From Leptospira sp. (GTDB taxonomy: Bacteria > Spirochaetota > Leptospiria > Leptospirales > Leptospiraceae), in the NCBI GenBank assembly GCA_034439575.1, contig JAWXAQ010000015.1, positions 1-64,000 of the forward strand: DNA of 64,000 nt, given 5' to 3'. A model generated the notes under the pieces. That model worked only from the letters and a program-made list of their open reading frames with translations. It was not told the DNA's origin and searched no databases. The translations under genes were made by a program, and so were the position numbers. Below, one piece after another: positions 58,381 to 64,000 of the stretch (its first letter is position 1; each line of letters starts with the position of its first letter).

Positions 58381-60237
58381 CTAGTCTTCCAAAATCTTAA
58401 ATACAACACGACGATTGCGAGCTCTACCTTCTTCAGATTTATTATCAGATACAGGCATCGTTTGACCTATTCCCTTTGTCGTAATTCTCATATCATCTAA
58501 TTGATGTTTTGTTTTCAAATAACTCGCAACGGACACGGCTCTTTCCACTGAAAGTTTTTTATTGGCAATGTCACCACCGACATTATCCGTATGACCTTCG
58601 ATAACAACTTTCAATCGAGGATTCTTTTTCAAAAGAGAGGCCAAGCGATCCAACTCTCCTTCCGATTCTTTCGCAATCTCAATGGATCGAAAAGCAAAAA
58701 ATAGATTGTTGAGAACCATTTCACTGCCCTTTTTGATTTTAGGTAAAACCAAAAGTACAGTTCTTTCTTCTTCTGCTTTTTCTTTCCCCACCAAATTTAG
58801 ATTTTGTGATGCTGGCAAATAACCTTCTTTTTCACCAAAAAATCCATAATTTTCTTCATATGGAAGGATGATAGAAAATTCACCTGTATTGGGATCTGAA
58901 ATTGTAGAACCTAGACTTTTTTTCTTTGTCAGAGATTCGTAAAGCACAGATGCCGCGAGAGGATTCCCATCTTCATCCACAACTTTTCCCTTGATCACTA
59001 CAACAGGTTCCGGTGAAAAAGATTTTGGAATGGAGGCCATATACAGCTCACCTTCGCGAGATACGTAAGCCCAATTTCCTTGTGCAGGAATGGAAAAAAA
59101 GTTTACACCACGAAGGTTTGGGGACAATTCTTGTGGCTCTGTCCAAGAATTCCACTGGTCATTTAACCTACGTGATACGAATATAGAAATCCCTTCTTTC
59201 CTTCCAGAGGAAGAAAAATATAAAGTTTTATCATCGGGTGCGAGAAAGGGAGCCATCTCTTCTTCACCAGTATTCACCGTCGAACCAAGATTAATGCCTT
59301 CTTCATAAACACCAGATTCGGATTGAAAGGTAACATATAAATCTAGTTTACCATAATTCTTTTTCTGTTGTGCCGAATAAACTATGGTTCTGCCAGTGGA
59401 AGATAGAGCTGATCCACCAAACACTTGTTGGTAAGGATTGTCTGCTTTTCTATACCAATTATAAAAACTCGGAAAATTGATAGGACTTGGACTTGAAAAT
59501 CCAGTTTCTTTTTTATATGATTTATAAAGGGGAGCGCGATTTTGAATTTTTTCACTTCTTTCGCGGTATTCATTTTCTAATTTTCCCAATCTAAAATGAA
59601 ATTCCTTTGGATTAGTTGCTTCCCTTGATGCTTCCTGCGAACGTAAAAGCATTTCTTTTTTCAATCCATCTAACATTTCATCTTCACCAAAATTACCAAA
59701 AACAAAAAGTTCATTACCGCCAGGCAAAGCAGAGATGACTGCCGACGGCAAACGATTGTTTAATGGTGCCTGGACTTGTTCTCCTGGCATCCAAAATCCG
59801 TATTGGTCTTTTTTGGATACCCAAATCTTTTGGGTAGAACGACTGCCTTCACGAATGAGAGCTGTCCAAAACAACATTTTTCCGTCAGGTGTAGATTGTG
59901 GGTTAAAGGAAAAATTGCCACCCGTGACATACCTTGGGATTTTTTTTAAAGTCCAATCGGGAGTTTTACTCGCTTCTAAGGGAGTCAATTCATAACGAAT
60001 TGGTGAACAAGATTCCCCACTTACGTCGCATAACATACGTATGTTTTTCCCAGTCAATAGTGCCAGTTCTTCTTGCAAAACCGTAGGGGAAAGGCGGAAA
60101 ATTTGTTTGTCTGTCTTCAACATATGGCCAGTGTTGATCAGTTCACCAAACAATATTTGGACACCATTTTGCGTGCTTTGGGAGCTAATGAGCCCTCCCC
60201 CGAAAACCATGAGTAGAATGATGAGAATCCGTGCCAT
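58381..60237 (-). CDS. OmpA-family protein with PD40/TolB-like repeats
   Basis: PQSTPDGK, NLG..VNT..EEMAPFLAPDDKTLYFSS, IEGHTDNVG, LSVERA, NRRV. Confidence 0.92.
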   Translation of the reverse strand: MARILIILLMVFGGGLISSQSTQNGVQILFGELINTGHMLKTDKQIFRLSPTVLQEELALLTGKNIRMLCDVSGESCSPIRYELTPLEASKTPDWTLKKIPRYVTGGNFSFNPQSTPDGKMLFWTALIREGSRSTQKIWVSKKDQYGFWMPGEQVQAPLNNRLPSAVISALPGGNELFVFGNFGEDEMLDGLKKEMLLRSQEASREATNPKEFHFRLGKLENEYRERSEKIQNRAPLYKSYKKETGFSSPSPINFPSFYNWYRKADNPYQQVFGGSALSSTGRTIVYSAQQKKNYGKLDLYVTFQSESGVYEEGINLGSTVNTGEEEMAPFLAPDDKTLYFSSSGRKEGISIFVSRRLNDQWNSWTEPQELSPNLRGVNFFSIPAQGNWAYVSREGELYMASIPKSFSPEPVVVIKGKVVDEDGNPLAASVLYESLTKKKSLGSTISDPNTGEFSIILPYEENYGFFGEKEGYLPASQNLNLVGKEKAEEERTVLLVLPKIKKGSEMVLNNLFFAFRSIEIAKESEGELDRLASLLKKNPRLKVVIEGHTDNVGGDIANKKLSVERAVSVASYLKTKHQLDDMRITTKGIGQTMPVSDNKSEEGRARNRRVVFKILED

Positions 60238-60288
60238 ATCATACGAAATGTCGGTTGAAAAGAGAGTTTCCCTTAGAAAATTGACTGT

Positions 60289-61929
60289 ATGATCTCTGCA
60301 ACCGGCATTACCGTCTCCTTTGGCAAAAAACCACTCTTTGAAAACGTCTCCATTAAATTCAAACCTGGGTGCCGGTATGGGCTTATTGGGGCCAATGGCT
60401 CAGGTAAATCGACTTTTATGAAGGTTTTAGCGGGAATCATCCAACCGACCGCTGGTGCCGTCGCTATTGACAAGGACATCAAAGTTGGTTATTTGAAACA
60501 GGACCATTACGAATTCGAAAGTGAGACTGTTCTCGGAACTGTCCTACGCGGAAATCCTGAACTTTGGGAATTGATGCAAGAACGTGATGCCATTTATGCA
60601 AAAGACGAAATGACAGACGAAGAGGGTATTCGCATTTCCGAAATTGAAGATCGTTTTGCCGACCTCGGTGGCTATGAGGCAGAATCGATCGCAGGTGAAC
60701 TCTTAGAAGGACTCGCCATTCCCACAAATATCCATTCAAAACCATTGAACTTTCTCACAGGAGGTTTTAAATTAAGAGTCCTCCTTGCCCAAGTTCTTTT
60801 TCTAAAACCTGATGTTCTTTTGCTGGATGAACCAACAAACCATTTGGATATCAAAACCATACATTGGTTAGAAGAACTCCTTTTGGATTATGAGGGAGTG
60901 GTCATTGTAATCTCTCACGATAGGCATTTTATAAATTCTGTATCCACACATATTGCAGACTTAGACTATAATACGATTCGGATTTTTTCTGGTAATTATG
61001 ATGACTTTATGATTGCCGCTGAACAAACACAGACACAGCTTCAAAACGAAAACAAACGAGCTAAAGAAAAAATTAACGACTTACAGGAGTTTGTTTCCAG
61101 ATTTTCTGCCAATGCCAGTAAATCAAAACAAGCTACTTCTCGTGCTAAAATGATCGATAAGATCAAAGCGGAAATGGTTGATGTCAAACCATCATCGCGC
61201 GTGGCACCTTACATTCGTTTTAAACCAAGAAGAGTTCTAGGTAAAGATGTCTTTGAAGCTATTCAAATCAACAAATCTTATGACAATGTTTCTGTTATTA
61301 AAGATTTTAATATTAGTATCTCAAAAGGTGAAAAAGTCGGTATCGTTGGAACCAATGGTGTTGGAAAAACGACATTATTAAAAATGCTAATGAAAAAATT
61401 GAATCCTGATACAGGTGAAGTGAAATGGGGAGATTCTGTTGAACCATCATATTTTCCTCAGGACCAGAGAGAAGCAATTGAACCAGATGCAGATACACTC
61501 ATAGAATGGTTACTTAGAAATTCACCACAAGGTACAGAAGTTCAGGAAATTCGAGCCATTTTAGGAAGGATGTTATTTTCTGGAGATATGGCAAACAAAT
61601 CCACAAAAGTATTGTCAGGTGGTGAGAAGTCGAGAATGATCATCGGTAAAATGATACTTGCTGGGGACAATGTGATTGTTCTTGATGAACCGACAAATCA
61701 TTTGGATTTGGAAACCATTGAAGCATTAAATTATGCTTTATCTCTTTTTGAAGGAACAATCTTACTCGTTTCGCATGATAGAGAGTTTATCTCTTCGCTT
61801 TGCACGCGTATTGTGGAAGTGACTCCCGAAAGGATCAATGACTTCAAAGGAACTTACGAAGAGTTTCTGGAAAGAGAAGGTGCGGATTTTTACAAACGAC
61901 TTGCTGGTGGCCCTGTCGTTTCGGCTTAA
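60289..61929 (+). CDS. ABC-F ribosome-associated ATPase (YbiT-like)
   Basis: GANGSGKST, LDEPTNHLD twice, GTNGVGKTT, LSGGEK; no TM. Confidence 0.95.
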   Translation: MISATGITVSFGKKPLFENVSIKFKPGCRYGLIGANGSGKSTFMKVLAGIIQPTAGAVAIDKDIKVGYLKQDHYEFESETVLGTVLRGNPELWELMQERDAIYAKDEMTDEEGIRISEIEDRFADLGGYEAESIAGELLEGLAIPTNIHSKPLNFLTGGFKLRVLLAQVLFLKPDVLLLDEPTNHLDIKTIHWLEELLLDYEGVVIVISHDRHFINSVSTHIADLDYNTIRIFSGNYDDFMIAAEQTQTQLQNENKRAKEKINDLQEFVSRFSANASKSKQATSRAKMIDKIKAEMVDVKPSSRVAPYIRFKPRRVLGKDVFEAIQINKSYDNVSVIKDFNISISKGEKVGIVGTNGVGKTTLLKMLMKKLNPDTGEVKWGDSVEPSYFPQDQREAIEPDADTLIEWLLRNSPQGTEVQEIRAILGRMLFSGDMANKSTKVLSGGEKSRMIIGKMILAGDNVIVLDEPTNHLDLETIEALNYALSLFEGTILLVSHDREFISSLCTRIVEVTPERINDFKGTYEEFLEREGADFYKRLAGGPVVSA

Positions 61930-62984
61930 AAATAATAATGAAGGCCTAAATTTAAAGATTCCGTATTTTGATTTCTTAAATATTCAACGGAGACCCCATA
62001 GTCTCTCCATTTGTATGATAGACCCAATATTCCAAAATAATTAGCTTCGCGGATTTTGATTCGCGAAGAAAGTTCTATATGAACACCGCTAGGAGTGGTC
62101 AAAAAATCATCGCGATTCAGATAGGAAGAAATCAGAGCAACTCTTTCTACATTGATTAGAGTTTCTCCATGATTGTACATACCACCTAATCCTCCGAATA
62201 TTCCAAAATTCGAAATGGTAAACATATACCGCAAATCTGTTGTTAAAGAATAAATTTTAGAATCATATTTTAAATCATTAATACCGATCCATTTTCGTCT
62301 ATCACCATCTACTTGGAATTGAGTAGGTCTTCGATCATAGGAATTTAACAAAATATTTTGATTTGTATAATACATTCCAAAACCAATGGAAAATCCATGT
62401 TTTATCAATGTTTCGTTTGGTGATGAGTCCGCAAAAGGAAAATACCTTACATTAAAACTTCCATTTGCAACACGGCCTCCTACATCTGTATTTCTAATCT
62501 TCAAAAAAGGTATATTATTCTCTGATAGATAAAATGGAAAAAATTGAATGAACACATTCCACTTTCTCCAATTTCCTGTTTTATCTAAAATGTGCCCTAA
62601 ATTTGTAGCATAACTTAGCGATGGTGAAGCGGCCAAACTCTCTTTTGGTAATTCTCTTAATTCTGTAGATTCAAAATAAAATTCTCTAGGTTTGATTTTA
62701 CTTCGCGATACAGAATAACCCATACTCATTCTATTTTTCTCAATGAAAGTGCCACCCATCATAGCAGAATTTATATTTTGCAAAACGGCACTCTCTGCCA
62801 TTGCATTCAGAAAGTCTTTTGTATAAATTTGCCCAAGAACAGGATCTACTAAATTCGCTAAGAGTAAGGATTGATCAGAGATAAAAGAACACTCCTGCCC
62901 CACGCAAACAGCTGTTGCATGAGATGACCTGACCAAAATAAAGAAGTTTAAAATAACAAAGAAAAATTTTATTTTTTGAGCCAC
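61926..62984 (-). CDS. Putative outer-membrane/surface beta protein
   Basis: Signal peptide, N-terminal CVGQEC, terminal LGLHYYF. Confidence 0.65.
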   Translation of the reverse strand: MAQKIKFFFVILNFFILVRSSHATAVCVGQECSFISDQSLLLANLVDPVLGQIYTKDFLNAMAESAVLQNINSAMMGGTFIEKNRMSMGYSVSRSKIKPREFYFESTELRELPKESLAASPSLSYATNLGHILDKTGNWRKWNVFIQFFPFYLSENNIPFLKIRNTDVGGRVANGSFNVRYFPFADSSPNETLIKHGFSIGFGMYYTNQNILLNSYDRRPTQFQVDGDRRKWIGINDLKYDSKIYSLTTDLRYMFTISNFGIFGGLGGMYNHGETLINVERVALISSYLNRDDFLTTPSGVHIELSSRIKIREANYFGILGLSYKWRDYGVSVEYLRNQNTESLNLGLHYYF

Positions 62985-63556
62985 ATTAAAAATTGATTCA
63001 TTGCGATCGCACGATGGGACACTTTGTTTTTTTCCGATTCACTCACTTCTGAAAACCTTTTTCCAAAAGGTGGATAATAGAAAATCGGATCATAACCAAA
63101 TCCATAAGAGCCCAAATCATCGTAGTCTTTTGCGATTTCTCCAAAAACCATTCCTTCAAATGATTCCTCTATACTTCCGCTAACATAGGTTATGACACAA
63201 GTATAATTTGCCTTACGATTCTTATTATTACCTAGTTCCCATAAAAGTTGAAGTGCCCGTTCCTTATCTGTAAATTCTGGTTTTCCATATCGCGCAGAAT
63301 AAACACCAGGTCGACCATCCATTGCCTCAACGCAGATCCCCGAATCGTCTGCAAATGAAGGGAGTCCCGTCAAACGATGTAATTCTCTGGATTTAATAAA
63401 GGAATTCCCTACAAAGGTAGGTTCAGTCTCTTCCGGTTGGAACTGAATTCCTAATTCCTTTGGAGAAATCACTAAAAAACCTAGAGGCTCAAGTAGTGAT
63501 CGGACTTCTTTTAGTTTGTGTAAACTACTGGAGGCAAAGGCAATCGTATTTGTCAT
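62969..63556 (-). CDS. rdgB: Non-canonical purine NTP pyrophosphatase
   Basis: ADDSGI, PGVYSARY, GFGYDPIF, KNKVSHR. Confidence 0.96.
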   Translation of the reverse strand: MTNTIAFASSSLHKLKEVRSLLEPLGFLVISPKELGIQFQPEETEPTFVGNSFIKSRELHRLTGLPSFADDSGICVEAMDGRPGVYSARYGKPEFTDKERALQLLWELGNNKNRKANYTCVITYVSGSIEESFEGMVFGEIAKDYDDLGSYGFGYDPIFYYPPFGKRFSEVSESEKNKVSHRAIAMNQFLMWLKK

Positions 63557-63568
63557 TTGCGAAAAGGA

Positions 63569-63916
63569 TCACAAATCTTCCGCATCCAACTGAAAACCTT
63601 CAAGCGCAGAGGAAAGATCAGGAAAAATTTCAAATACTTTATCAAGCATAGTTATTTCGAATAATTGAATCAGATCTTCATCGACAACTATGACTTTAAT
63701 ATCACCACTCATCGGTTTTAACTTACGCTTGGTGGCAACAAATATGCCCAAGGCGGTAGAACAAATATGATGAACCTTTGTTAGGTCGAGGATAATTTTT
63801 TTAACTGAAGATTGTGTCAGTTTAGAGAGTTCCTTCTCTATCTCATCAGAATCGACTTTTAAAATCGCACCTGAAAACTTCACGATTCTAATATCATTTT
63901 TGATCTGAACTTCCAT
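63569..63916 (-). CDS. STAS domain anti-sigma factor antagonist
   Basis: ILDLTKVHHICSTALG, LFEITMLDKVFEIF. Confidence 0.9.
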   Translation of the reverse strand: MEVQIKNDIRIVKFSGAILKVDSDEIEKELSKLTQSSVKKIILDLTKVHHICSTALGIFVATKRKLKPMSGDIKVIVVDEDLIQLFEITMLDKVFEIFPDLSSALEGFQLDAEDL

Positions 63917-63921
63917 TCGAT

Positions 63922-64000
63922 TCAATCACCTTCATTACTTAATAATACCATACAAGATACGCGCTCCGCCCCAGCGCCCAGAAGCATCCGTGCGACTTCA
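63922..64000 (-). CDS. 3' end of a ComF-like phosphoribosyltransferase (partial)
   Basis: Minus-strand translation EVARMLLGAGAERVSCMVLLSNEGD*, typical of a ComF/PRT C-terminus. Confidence 0.6.
   Translation of the reverse strand, partial: EVARMLLGAGAERVSCMVLLSNEGD

Noticed and set aside
60289-61929. Antibiotic-resistance ABC-F
   Set aside because: Looks like a housekeeping YbiT-type protein in core context; the 51-nt upstream gap leaves no room for an attenuator leader
63961-64000. GC-rich end of the window as a possible RNA gene or repeat
   Set aside because: Explained by the minus-strand ComF-like coding frame

Overview
AT-rich bacterial chromosome segment, most likely from Leptospira (inferred from the spirochaete-type lipoproteins, CheX, TRL-like and TIGR04452-like proteins and the gene order). 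The left end (1-11.8 kb) is core genome: a partial M16 peptidase, then proS-rseP-dxr-cdsA-uppS-frr-pyrH-tsf-rpsB on the minus strand. The middle (~12-54 kb) is an accessory-looking mosaic of small modules: a PTS-EIIA/P-type ATPase fusion, a GH94 1,2-beta-oligoglucan phosphorylase-like gene coupled to an ABC protein with a degenerate ATPase domain, two TetR modules with visible operators, a PAS kinase/REC pair, a thiolase, an adenylate cyclase, a TonB receptor, a persulfide dioxygenase-TauE pair with a CsoR/CstR-type operator, an AraC-YHYH-MORN-SCO cluster and large surface lipoproteins. The right end (54-64 kb) looks core again: SurA-N-like protein, cheX, OmpA, ABC-F, rdgB, STAS and the end of a ComF-like gene. 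Three copies of a structured intergenic repeat resembling the Flavo-1 RNA motif are present. I saw no tRNA, rRNA, CRISPR array, transposase or integrase. All family calls come from motif recognition by eye; no database searches were run.
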